Both the position numbers and the translations under genes were made by a program. A stretch of DNA of 64,000 nucleotides from Vermamoeba vermiformis (taxonomy: Eukaryota), in contig JBEWZL010000184.1 of NCBI GenBank assembly GCA_045837725.1, positions 124,001 through 188,000 on the forward strand, in the 5' to 3' direction. Positions 50,350 to 62,670 of the stretch are shown here, piece after piece. Positions within the stretch are counted from its first letter, which is position 1. Every line of letters starts with the position of its first letter. The notes beneath the pieces are model-generated. The model searched no databases. It worked only from the letters and a program-made list of their open reading frames with translations, and was not told the origin of the DNA.

Positions 50350-52199
50350 TTACGATTTGCAGAACACCAGGACGTCACCACCAATCCGACCCGACGGCGT
50401 CAATGTATGGCGGAAGGCAGCACACTAACGGATATGTACATAATTAGCGCTTGTTTATAAATTGCCCTTATAACTAGACGCACCTCAGTGTAGTGATTAT
50501 CCAACAAAAAAGCCGCGACTTTTGGTGCTAGCACATTGTACATGACAAGGTGAGATGGCAGCGGTTTGTCTTTGTAGTACTGCTGCAAGAAGTTCGGTGG
50601 ATCTAGATAAAATCTGTCTGCCTCGTCAATGTAATCTTTGTCTTCAGGTCTAAAGGCATGTTAACGCTTATAACAAAATAGGCGGGCAGTACGTACCTAG
50701 GCGAGCAATCTAAAAAGTTCATCGTAATATTCTTGTGGACATAAGCGTAGTAAGGAGTCGAGTGGCAGGGCATCAAGAACATGACGTTGCTGACATCAGG
50801 GTTCTTTTGAATGTACCACATGACATCTGTCGTACCGCGTTGATGAAGAGTAGAGAAATAGAGCGCCATGCTGAGGTTCGCAACTACGAGGATCATGAAT
50901 AGTGGATGAGACAACAAGCTTCGAGAACCTTTGGCCTTGCGTGTGCTCAACATGTCCATGAAATATCCTGCGTAGATGAGCATAATGGGAAGAATTGGCA
51001 GCAAGAATCGGAATTCTTTGTGACTAATGAAGCTGAAGACGGCAATGTACCATCCCGCCGCAGCTAATAGATATTTGTTGGGGGAATACGCCGCCCCGCC
51101 AATGACTAAGGGCAGATAGGCGTGTGCAAGCGTTGGCACGGCAGCGACAATGTACCAGTACCAAGGGTGCGTGCCGTAGAAACTTCCTAAGCAATTCGTT
51201 AACTTATTATACACATCGCAAGTGGTCCTGAGAGGCAATACCTGCATCGGCAACGACGTTGAATTGAATAAAGTTCCAAATAACGAAGATCCACCGGCCA
51301 TAGAAGAGGTAATCGACAAGAAGTGAGAATCCAATTGCCAAGGCCCTACATGGTATATTAGAAGCGCTTTAAACGAAACAATCATTGTTACCCGATAGGA
51401 AGAAGATAGAATAGAGCAAATTGCAGCTTCTTTTTGAGATCTACTTTGAAGAAGTATGTCACACCAATGAATACCCATAGAACGCCATTTGTCGGTCGTA
51501 TTATGCACGCCATGGCGGCAATAGTTAAGGCGAGGAATAGGTTCTCGTTCTTATCCTTGCGCGACGAAGAAAGAGGCCAATAATAAAGTGCAGCTATTGT
51601 CAATGTTGTCTCGAGAGAGTTGCTGTAAGTTCGTACGAGGCAATAATAATTGAACCAATTCGTGAGCTGCAAAATTAACTGCGTACAATTAGAGCAAAAT
51701 CATTGTGGCGTCAGTCTTACAGTCCATTTAGCGACAGATGCAGAGAATGTTTTAAATGCCAACTTGTAGGTATAGTAATCGCATATCGCAGCGAACACTC
51801 CTTGCAGGATTTTCGGTGCTATGATCTAATACAAGAAAAATTGGATCTGATCAGTCCTGTTGCGTGTCAACAATTATTTAAAAAATTACCATTGCTCTAG
51901 CCGAATCCAGGGACAATAATTGAAGACCTTTGTATAATAAGGCGAATATTCCGGGGTGCAGGAAACTTCGTAAGCCAACTTTCCACTCCCAAGTCAAATA
52001 GCCATACCTTTGAGAAATAATGTCAAATATCATTCGTGATTTATTTAGGGTATCAAAGTTACCCGTAGATTTTGTTGTGAGCGACTTCTAAACTTTGCCA
52101 GTACTCATCCGGATCAAAAGAAGTCTGCACAATTAGCGCATTGATGATTCTAAAGGCAACAAGTAGTAAAATAAAGGAGTATTTGTTATCGAATTGCAT
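50350..52199 (-). CDS. PIGB: GPI mannosyltransferase III
   Basis: QTSFDPDEYWQSLEVAH, YGYLTWEW, RTYSNSLET, IRPTN, FYGTHPWYWY, HKEFRFLLP, HQRG and FLMPCHSTPYY. Confidence 0.95.
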
Positions 52200-52458
52200 T
52201 GTGTTGCGTAATAAATGTTTTGGCCATTAAAATCAAGAACAATGTTTTTGTACGTCAAAAAAAAAAGATTTTGTAAGTTCACCACGACGCTGAATTATAT
52301 TCAAAATTCGAGACAACGAGCCTCGATTTTTATTCAAAAGTATTCTACAGTGTTGAAGTTAGTTACAAGGTCGCTCAATAAATCCATAAATTAAAACAAA
52401 AATTATAACAATATTAAACTATGAAGACATTGTGCGAGCACAAGGCCAGCATAATATC

Positions 52459-53615
52459 TTATTCTTCGATCTTTTGCTTAATAGCTTGAGCCATCTTGAT
52501 GAAACTTTCTTCGACGCGAGTGGCAGTCTTGGCAGAAGTCTCCAAGAACAACAAGTTGTTGGCATCAGCGAACTCTTTAGCAGTCTCAAACTTGACCTTT
52601 CGTTCAGCAACAAGGTCGCACTTGTTACCGACCAACAATTTGTGAACATTCTCGCAAGCGTAACGGTCGATCTCCAACAACCACTTTTGAACGTTGTTGA
52701 ATGTCTCTGCATTTGTAATATCGTAGACGACAATAATGCCGTGAGCACCACGGTAGTAGCTGCTAGTAATAGTTCTGTTTGAAATAAAGGGGTTAGTTTA
52801 CAGCTTCGCAGGTTGGTTCCGACCGGATCGCCGTTACGAAAATTAAATTTCCGAATTACACGAGGTATATCAGTAATTTACCTGAAGCGCTCTTGACCAG
52901 CAGTATCCCAAATTTGAAGCTTAATTACGGAGCCGTCGATTTCAATGGTTCTGATTTTCTAAAGAACATCCAGTCAGCAAATTATTATTTTACGAAATTG
53001 CGTGTTACTATGAGCTTGTATAATTAATAAGCTTATATACGATTAGTATTTAGTGTAAGGACGCTAATAAAAATGTGTAAAAAGGTACTTACGAAGTCAA
53101 CACCGATAGTGCTGATGAAAGATTCGGTGAAGGTGTTGTCAGCGAAACGCAACAACAAGCTGCTCTTACCAACACCAGAATCACCAATCAACAAAAGCTT
53201 GAAGAGATAGTCACTAAATAAAAACAATAACCCGTTAGCAAAATCTGATTCACCCGAAAGAATACGTAGTTGACAATGCTTACTATTCGGGGTTGCCTGA
53301 GCCCTTGCCCGGTCGCTTGGCACCAGCGGTGGTGTTATTGGTATCGTTCTTAACAGCGAGGTTGCTATTGACTAGATTTTCAAATAAAAGTAGATTAATT
53401 TTTGTTATTGCTGAAGCGATAATAAATGTAGAAGAGCTGAATACACCAAAATAATAACTTTTAATGATAATATATTATTCGTATACCACTATTTAAATTA
53501 TTACAACGCTTTTGAGACATTTCGGTAGAAAATTTTTAAATAACGGATGTATCCAGCAAGTAACCGGTAGTTTTTAACACGTACCCTTCTTTGGTTTGCT
53601 TCCACCACAACCCAT
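52459..53615 (-). CDS. Rab1-like GTPase with N-terminal MGC extension and no C-terminal prenylation motif
   Basis: Exons 53615-53585, 53371-53284, 53213-onward. [10 protein letters not shown]...[67 protein letters not shown]. Ends IKQKIEE*. Confidence 0.92.
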
Positions 53616-53846
53616 GTTTAATTGTTGTTATGTATTGTATTAGTAACTTGAATAACGCAACAAGCCAGTTTTGTGCGTATTTGTATTCGGACCAATCCCG
53701 TTCAAGCAAGGAGATTTCAAATAAACAGAGAAAATTTGACTGTCAAAACTATGAATATCCACCCAAAACCGCGCTCCTTCTTTGCTTGGACTGGCTAAAA
53801 TAGTTTATCGGCTTTTTATTTGAATATCACCGGTACTAATTTTAGA

Positions 53847-54947
53847 ATGGCTGAGAATAAGGTGAGATTTTTTATGGTTGGATCACACATCACTTAACTT
53901 GTACGCGTGGAAATACGCTGGATCCCACTGTATTCCGGCGAAACAATTGCTATTAGTACAACGAATAAATAATGGCGTATTATTACATAAATAATGGCAG
54001 TAGAAGCCGGCCTAATTGATTATAATTTCATACAGTTCTAATATTATTAAAATAATTATTATCCGCAATAATACCGTTCTATAATTCATAATAATTAATT
54101 TAAAATATTAGGAACCTACTGTTTACAACATTCCTCCTCGTCACCTCTTTTGGGATGTGAACAGAGTTGGCATGCAGAACGAGTTCAAGCTTGGTCAGCT
54201 TTATGCTTCATTGCCTAAACCTACCGAGCAAGACTTCCAAGAATTTAAGCGATTAAACCCTGAATTAGGTACGCCTTGCAGTATTGTTTAAAAAAATTGC
54301 CGTGACTTCAATATATATATATTATTACTAATTTATCAGCAGCATTTTAACTCAATAATCTACAAAATATGGACCCACTAAATACGTTCCATTAATAATT
54401 AATTAATTAACTAGCCGAGGGAGTTGAAAAGAGAGAAAAAATGCGCGAGATCCAAACCAACGGTTCTATCGCTACTGCCGGTATTCTCGGTGTTTCTGTA
54501 TTTGCTTACGCCACTAAGGTCAAGGCTGGATTAGTTCCCTCACTGCTTTTGGGTGTTCTCAGTGGTAAGTAACCGAATTGAAGTGCATTAACAGCCCCAC
54601 TGCAGCATCACCTTGTCGCTATTCTCAGCATTCTCAAACAATTATGATATCAATGCTATTGATCGATACATATTATACTTGACGAGGACAACATAGCATA
54701 TCACTTTTGAGCGATGAAGGCACATTAATAACAGTACTCTATTCGCGCAGGTGGTTTGGGTCGCGTGATTGGTTCGGGTGTGTTCCGTGAAGTTGGTTTC
54801 TGGGCGAGTGGCTCTGATCAACTCAAATTCTCATTCCCTCACGACCCTGAACGCGCTTATGCTCGCTGGTGGAGATTGAAGAACAAAGTGCCGTTGCCTG
54901 GCTACACTGCCATTCAACCCGGCGAGGATGTTGGTGTCAAGCTCTAA
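53847..54947 (+). CDS. Two-TM mitochondrial-type protein resembling complex II subunit SDH6
   Basis: Four exons. LPKPTEQDFQEFKRLNP, two Gly/Ala-rich TM helices and AYARWW, matching the recalled plant SDH6 layout (LPxWS..DVEEF..DP, 2 TM, FMEWW). Confidence 0.55.
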
Positions 54948-55143
54948 ACAGCCGCTTTTGTTAATATAACAGCTCTCACGCTATTAATGGATATTTATAC
55001 GACGATCATCGTATGTCACACAACAATTCGAACTCCCTTGTTTTATATAATCTTTTTGTCAATCGCATCCAAGCAGCATCAATAAACCTGCTTATGGAAT
55101 TCACGTCCTGCTTTATTTTATTTGAAAAGCCGAAGAACGCTGG

Positions 55144-55207
55144 AAGTTACTCGTTGGCTGGCAATTTGATCGAAATCTCCATTAACGAGCCAACGAGTAA
55201 CTTTTTT
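55144..55207 (+). ncRNA. Candidate structured small RNA (perfect 16-bp hairpin followed by T-tract)
   Basis: AAGTTACTCGTTGGCT at 55144-55159 and AGCCAACGAGTAACTT at 55188-55203, then TTTTTT. Intergenic between convergent genes. Confidence 0.35.
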
Positions 55208-55355
55208 GAATGCGCGGTCGAGATTCAGCGCCGTAATTCCTCCGATTTTATTTGAAATTGAATCTTAATAGTGGCTGTGTACCGGAACATGCCAATAAGG
55301 TTATGACTAGTCATAGGAGTAGCAGTTAAAAGGTGTTGTTTATTTGCACACGGAC

Positions 55356-58300
55356 TTATTTCTTCTTCACAGGCTGTTTCTTATTCGCAGTCTTGTTATT
55401 ATTGTTATTGTTGCTATTGTCGCCCTTCTTGTCAGTAGGAGGCCACATCTCAGTGACCAATTGATGCTTGGAGTCATCGACCCACATCAAGACTGGCTTC
55501 AACAAGAACTTGGAGTCCTTCTTCCATCGATCCAGCAGCTTCTTCTTTGAGTCGATTTTGAAGTCCAAGAATGGCTGAATAATAGCTGCAATTTTGTTTT
55601 GCGTCCATTGCTGCGTGATCATGCTTGGTTTGCCATTGAGATAAGGCTGGATCTGCGCCAGTTTTGTGCACACCAAGCCCTCCAAGAAGAACCGAGCAAA
55701 GTACTTGTATCGGTCCATAATCTGTTCCTTCGGATACTCGCGCTCGACGTGCGTCAACATCCAGCCACCAGGACCGAACGACGGCGTGACCCAGCACGTG
55801 ACTGCGTCTTTTTCCGGATTGTATCGCGGTGCTGGGGTGTCGAGGGGCTTGGAGAAGTTGCACATGGTTGGGCCGAGTTCAGGCAACCAATCGGGGTGAA
55901 TGGCCGTAACACCCTTGATGTAGCACTTGGTGCCCGCAGAGAAAATGTCGTGGTAAGTCACGTACTCGGGGCACACTTCGAACATGAACGAGGACGGGTG
56001 AATGGCGCACTCCGCACCCGAGCACGTGATGTACTTCCACTTGCCCTTCATGATGCGACCGTCAGGGTACGTGGCAGGGATTCTCTTGGCCACACGGTCA
56101 ATGAAACCAGCGGTCACAATTTGACGGATTGATACTTTTTGTTCGCGCGTTGGGGGCTCGATCTTGGGATTGAATGCGATTTCTTTCTTTTTCTTTTTGT
56201 TGGTTTGATTTTGTTCAGTGAACAGACGAATAATGTTCGTCAATTGTGCACGAAGCAAATGAATTTCTTTCATCGTCTAGGAGAGGACAGTAATTAATAA
56301 AATGAATGATATTTCAAAATCTGGGAATTGGCTACCTTAATATGAAGACCATGTTGGTCGCAGAACTCGTCGGATTGATCGGCGAATTCATAAGCACCGA
56401 TGGCAGCGAGCCACGAGAGCAGATCTGAAGTCTTGTTCGCGAATGGACTCGACAATTTCTTCTTTTGTCGTTGTTTGCGCTCCAAGAACTTCTCTTTGCC
56501 TGTTTTGTCTGCAAACAATATTAATACTCTGTTTCATGTCAATATGTCGCAGTCATTACCTAATTTGGCAAGCTCAGCCTCTTCTTCGTCATCAAAGTCC
56601 TCTTGTTGACCTTCGGGAGTAACTCGAATGAACGGGTCATTCACTGAAAGAATGGCAACAATGGCAATAATGAAGTCCAAGCAGTCGCTTTCTTGGGCCA
56701 ACAAGATCCTGAAGGAATGAGTTAGTTCGTGATGGAATTATTAGACTGGCAACTTACATCTTGGCGAATCGAGGGGCGACAGGGAAGAAGACCAACGAGC
56801 GACCCAGCGGTGTAATAGTATGCATGTCATTCGTGTTCAATGCACCGAGATTGATCAGTGTTTGGTGCGCAGCTTTGAGTGACTGTCTGTCGGGGGCAGT
56901 GGGGAACGGGAACTTGTCCACTTTGTTGATGGCCATGTGCTTCATTTGCAAGATGACACCTGTCACAATGAATGTCAGTACGTGCACTCAATGGGGTACA
57001 AATAACGCGCGTACCTTCAATAGGAATGGTCAAAATCTCAGGCGGTGAGAACTTGGGGAACTGATCGCTGAACACAGCGGACGAGTACAGTCTGTAACAG
57101 TGACCGGGGCCAGTACGACCAGCACGACCAGCTCTTTGATTGGCTGCAGCTTGTGAAGTCCATTCCACCACGAATTTTGACACGCCGCTGCGCTTGTCAA
57201 AGTGCTTTTGTTTAACTCGACCAGCGTCCACGACGTACTTGATGCCAGGGATAGTAATAGATGTTTCAGCGACGTTAGTGGCAACAACGATTAATCGCTT
57301 GCCCTCGGGGACCTGTGAAATAATAAAGCAAATAAGTCTACAATACTGGTAAAGGAGGACTGTGCAGTGACTACGAACCTGATCGAAGACCAACATCTGT
57401 TGCTTGGGTGGCAACAAACTGTACAGCGGCAACACGTGCACGCCTTCTTCGGTTTCGACTTCTTCAGCTTTGTTATTATCATCTTCGTTCTTATTTTCAT
57501 CCTCGTTGTCAGATCCGTCTTTATCTTGGTCCAACTTGATCATCTTTTTGCCAGCGATATTGCCGTATCTTTTGCGCAACATACGACACAGCTGTTCGAC
57601 TTCTTGCTGACCAGTCAAAAACACGAGCACACCACCACTGGGGAGTTGTTGGTGGATCTTGCACACTTTAGTGTACGCGGCTCCAACATAATCGGTCATT
57701 GGCGTAGTCTTGTTGAAGTGAATAGTGACAGGGTATTGACGAGATCCGATCGAGATGACTGGAGGTGCCTTCGGGAACATAAGTGCGTTCTCAGTGAAGT
57801 CCTACAAGCCACTAATTAGAGCTCAATTCAATCAATTTAAACAAGTTATCGATGACTTACCGTAACTCTAAGAGTGGCAGACATAATAATCAGCTTCAAT
57901 GGACTCTCAACACTAGCACTGTCTTTGTTAGTGTTCTCAGTGCCTTGCTTCTTGTTCTCGTTGAAGATCTTTCGGCGCAACGGAACAATTCTGCTCAACA
58001 GACCCAACAAAATATCTGTGTTCAAACTTCGCTCGTGGGCTTCGTCGATGATAATTGCACTGTATTTGTTGAGCAAGAAGTCTGACTGAATCTCACGCAG
58101 CAAGATACCGTCCGTCATGAACTTCATGCGCGTGGCTTTTGAGACGGCTGAATCGTATCTGACTTGATGGGCAATCACAGCATTCTAGGGAGGTGACTTG
58201 TTAGACATGACGCGTGTCAAAGTGAGCTACGTACATCTTCATCAGGACCAGGCAAGTTCAATTCAAGGGCAACACGTTTTGCCATTGAAAGAGCAGCGAC

Positions 58301-60352
58301 TCTTCTGGGCTCAGTAATGCCAATGAGACCTTTCTTGTCGCTGAAACAAACTTAATTCGTGCTTCTTCAATGTAAGAGCGTCTGATTGCACTTACCTCGT
58401 AGCCGAAGAATAACCGGCCTCGTACAAGAACTGCGGCACTTGAGTGGTTTTACCAGAACCAGTCTCACCACAAATAATCACAACGTCGTTCTCAATAATA
58501 GCCTCCATAATACGTTGTTCTTCCATGATAATGGGCAATTGATTTCTGTTGATTGATTAGCACATTCGTCGTTTGAAAATAAATCTCACTTACCTTTGTT
58601 CGATGATCTCGGGAGTACGTTGCACGTGAACATAAAAGGCCTTGGTTCGCTTTCTCTCTTCAGGATCGACTTGAATCGAGGCTGATTTGATGTCACTGGC
58701 ATCATCAAAGCCCCAAGAGGTCTTTTTGACGACGTCTTGGATCTCTTCAAGTGTGCTCTTGGGCACGAACTTGTCGACTTCTTCGTCATCAATAGCGAGG
58801 GCCAGTTCTTCTTGACCAGCGGACTTCTCTTCGGCCTCGTCATTGTTCGACTCTTCCTCGCCCTCTTGCTCCTCTTCGCCATCATTCTCGCCCTCTTCCT
58901 CGTCATCGCCTTCAGCCTCCTCTTCGTCCTGATCATCGTGATCTTCGTCTTCATTCTCGTTGTCTTCAGCGCCCTCTTCGACGTTCTCGTCATCTCCTTC
59001 ATCACCGTCTTCAGCCATCTCTTCGTCGTCCTCATTGAGGCTGCCTTCTTCGTCACCATTGGCCATTTCAGACATGCCGGCCTCTTCTAATGTCTTGACT
59101 TTGCGTTGCACGACAATCTCCTCTTTGCGTTCAAGAGTGGTCGGGAATGAAAAGCTAAAGCTCTTTGGTGCTGGCTTGGGCTCTTCAACTGGCTTGGTTG
59201 CAATGGCTGGCTTAGTCTCAGCTGGCTTTTCAACAACTTTAGCAGGCGATTTTTCTTCTTTCTTCTTTGGCTCGGGCTTCTTATTGTCAGCATTAGTATT
59301 GGAGGGCTTGCTGCTGTTCAATTGAACTGTTTGCGCCTCTTCGCTGTCCGAGCTGCTCTTTTCGTCATCAGAACTCGAGTCCACGTATGTAAAGAACGAT
59401 TTTTTCTCGATTTTAGCCTTAACCTTCTTCTTCTTAGGAGGCTTAGGTGCTGGCTGTAATTTGGGCAGTTCAGCCATCATTTCTTTGGTGGTCTTTTCTT
59501 TCGGCAGGACAGCATCGGCCGTAGAGTTAATTTCCTTTGTATTGTGATTAGAATATGTTCATATGAAGCACTATAATACTTACTTTAGGTACTAAGACGT
59601 TAACTTGAGGATTGCTGCGCTCAAGGCCGGCTTTTTCTTCGAGGACTGCTCGCTTCAACATTTCTTTCTTTGTCTCTTTCTAATAACGTAGTAGTTAGTA
59701 ATGATAGCATTGATAAGATTTTTACAACGTACTTTGCCCAAAGTTCTGCTCGAGTGCATGTATTTAGCTTGATCTTCTTTCAGTTGAACTTGACTGATCG
59801 GATCCAAGCGTTAATACTTATATTTCGAGTTTGCTAAGCAACTTACGATAAGGATTTGTAAAGCTCTTCACGTTGCTTGGCTTTTTGGATTTTTTCCTAA
59901 TGAAGTATTACCAATCTGATCTCTATCGCTTGGATCTGATCGTCCGGTAAATTATTGATTAACTTACCTCATATTTTTGGATACGTTTTTCTTGTAATTT
60001 GCTGATCTTTTCAGTGCGTTTCTCAAGCTCCTTCAGCTCGCTAATTTTTAATCGCTTTTTCCGTTTATTCGTGTCATCGTTTCCTTCCTGAATTTAAACG
60101 TTAATAATTCGTAAATTATTTATCGCGCATGATCTATAACATAATACTAATATTTGAATATTTTGGTTTTGGATCAGATCTAAATCTCAAACTGACCTTC
60201 TTTCTTTTCTTCTTTCCCATCATTACGAGAGGGTTGTGGTTATCAACGCCCCTATACAAATTATTAACGATAATTAAATAATGTAATTTTGGATCCTACC
60301 CTATTTTGAGATCATCACTGACGATCTGCGTCACGTCCATTTGGTCTCCCAT
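55356..60352 (-). CDS. DHX37: DEAH-box RNA helicase DHX37/Dhr1
   Basis: [88 protein letters not shown] and FPFPTAP. Confidence 0.94.
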
Positions 60353-60505
60353 GTCGTCTACTATGTTCTAGTATTCAAATACGAAACCAACGTTGTTGAC
60401 AGTTCAATAAAAAAATGAGACTAGTTCAGTTTGTTGTCTGCCAAAAATGGATCCCGTCAACAAAAAAACGAATGCTTTACTAAACAATGTGCTTAGTTGT
60501 AGCAC

Positions 60506-61515
60506 CTATACATTATCATATTCGCGGTTCTCTTCTAATGTGCCGTAATGATCAACAGCTGGGCGATAGTCGTTGCGCATTTTCATCCATCTCAATCCAC
60601 GCGACTTGATCCACTTGTCGATGAGTCCCTTCGGTACAATATGATACTGCAACAACACAAACCAGCCAATAGCTAAGGTAAGACCGATGAGACTGCCAAT
60701 TGTGGCCTGCAAAGGTGTGTGGTACAAAAGGTAGACGCGACTGTAGGGTACAGGCACGAATAATACCAAGGCAGCGATGATAATAAGTGCCTTATGAAGT
60801 GGTTTAAGCGGAGCCTTATTGACAGGCTTGTACTCGAATAACATTTCAAGCAAGATCCAGGCCAAGAACTCGATGGAGATCTGATCGTGATAGAATTCAT
60901 TAGTAATGCTCGGTATTATAAGAAGACATTATATTCATACCAGTGAGTGACCGGATGGCATTCCTGTGCTACAAATATTGCATTAGTTAAGTCTCAGAAC
61001 TCGTGTCGGGTTGAATCCAAATAAGGCATAGATATTAAGAACGACTGTATGCCTCATTTGTACTGATATATAGCATATTGATATTAATATCTTACCTGCA
61101 GGCGCAAGTTCCGTCAGGGCGCTTTTGACGAATGATCTGTTTGAGTATTTCTCCAAACACGACGGAAACAACAAATAAGAACGTCGCCATAAATGACGAT
61201 ACAGTTCTATTTGCAACGAACAGTGTCAAGCACACGAAGAAGAGGAGAATGGGCACGTAGGAATAAAAAGCCATCAGTAGTGAGGCAAAACTTGTGTCTG
61301 GCAAGCAAACCACAAAATCTAAATTACCAATATTATTTTAATATTATTTAGAAATTATGAGGACATTTTTGCCATTTAATTCTTTGATGGATCTGAAAAT
61401 GAAATTAAAATTTTCCGATTTTTCTTCAGCTTTACACGCTTTTCTTATATTTACCTGCCAGAGGATTGCATTGTGGCGGTGGTCCTAATGTCGGTGCTGG
61501 CCCTTCAGGCTCCAT
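60506..61515 (-). CDS. PAP2-family dolichyl-diphosphatase (DOLPP1/CWH8-like)
   Basis: LKQIIRQKRP, GMPSGHS and SRVYLLYHTPLQ. Confidence 0.85.
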
Positions 61516-61630
61516 GTGTAACGCGTTGGGCTCTTTAAGAAAAAATGATATCGGGCCGCGAACCAAGTATTTCCATTTTAGGGCCTGACACTACAGAAGC
61601 AAGTGGTTGGTTAGGATGGATTGAGATTGG

Positions 61631-62262
61631 ATGCAAAGGATAGACAGTGCGCACATTGTAAGTAACATATTTCCAATGAGCGAACCATTCCGAACCGGGC
61701 TCATTGGATAACTTAGCCCACTTTGTTCTAATGCAACCTTCGCTTGAAAACCAGCATTAAGGCTCATCAAAAATATTGACCTACAGCCAAACGTAGGTAA
61801 AGTCGCTTTATTTCCCTCGAGACCGCAAAGTGATTTGGATCCGCGATCTCGATTTGTTCTTGATCGGTGACGTGGTTGCAGCCACCAACAGCTCTTATTG
61901 AAAAGAAAGTGCTCGTGCATGCCCTTCAAACCATCGACATTGCTCAAACAGCGGACACTGAAGTGACGCAAGAAGTGCCCGGTGTAACGCACCACACTAA
62001 TGTCAAGTTAGCTACTATCGTCGTCGATGACAGCGAGCCTAGCAACACTGATGAGATCACCTACGATCACCGTGAAGGCGAGACCACGTTGGCGATCGAA
62101 ACAGTGTTCCCGCCGCAGTTCAAGTACGTGTTGGTCGGTGGCAGAACACCAACAGAAGGTCACATCGCTGACTTTCGGGTCCGCGACTACAACGAGGGTA
62201 GCAGCGACAAGTTGCTAGCCTTAATCTACCGCCTGAGTAATCTCAAGAGATATACACGGTAG
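61631..62262 (+). CDS. Hypothetical protein (5' exons uncertain)
   Basis: Coding-like exon ~61882-62262 with a plausible acceptor. No motif recognised. Confidence 0.4.
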
Positions 62263-62670
62263 CCTTTGTTCCTACTTACTCGGGCGGCTATGGCCGTTGC
62301 TGCTTGGAAGTCCACACATCTAATGGTCAAGCGACCGACTACTTCTTGAACTAAGATGCCTTTTTCTTGCAAACAATAACGATGATAACCACTGTCACTT
62401 GAAGGACTGACACGGTCTGTTTGCGAGGATTCTTGTTTGGACGTCACCGAACCAAAAGTTGTAAATTGACCTTCAGAGCTATTATTGTTCAACTCTTTCA
62501 TATCACCAACTAATTGCTAACAAAATAAGCTGCAGGTGTACTTAGTGGACTGGAGTATCTTCTCCTGCATGTCAACTTGTCATCAGCTTAGCAAAGGCTT
62601 TTTTTGGCGTGTTTCTATTACTGTAAAGATATCAACACCACGAGACTAGCAATCGAACAACTACAAGAAA

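Noticed and set aside
53284-53371. GC-rich island in an apparent Rab1 intron as an ncRNA
   Set aside because: It is a phase-compatible coding exon (AG/GT bounded) ending in NPEY.
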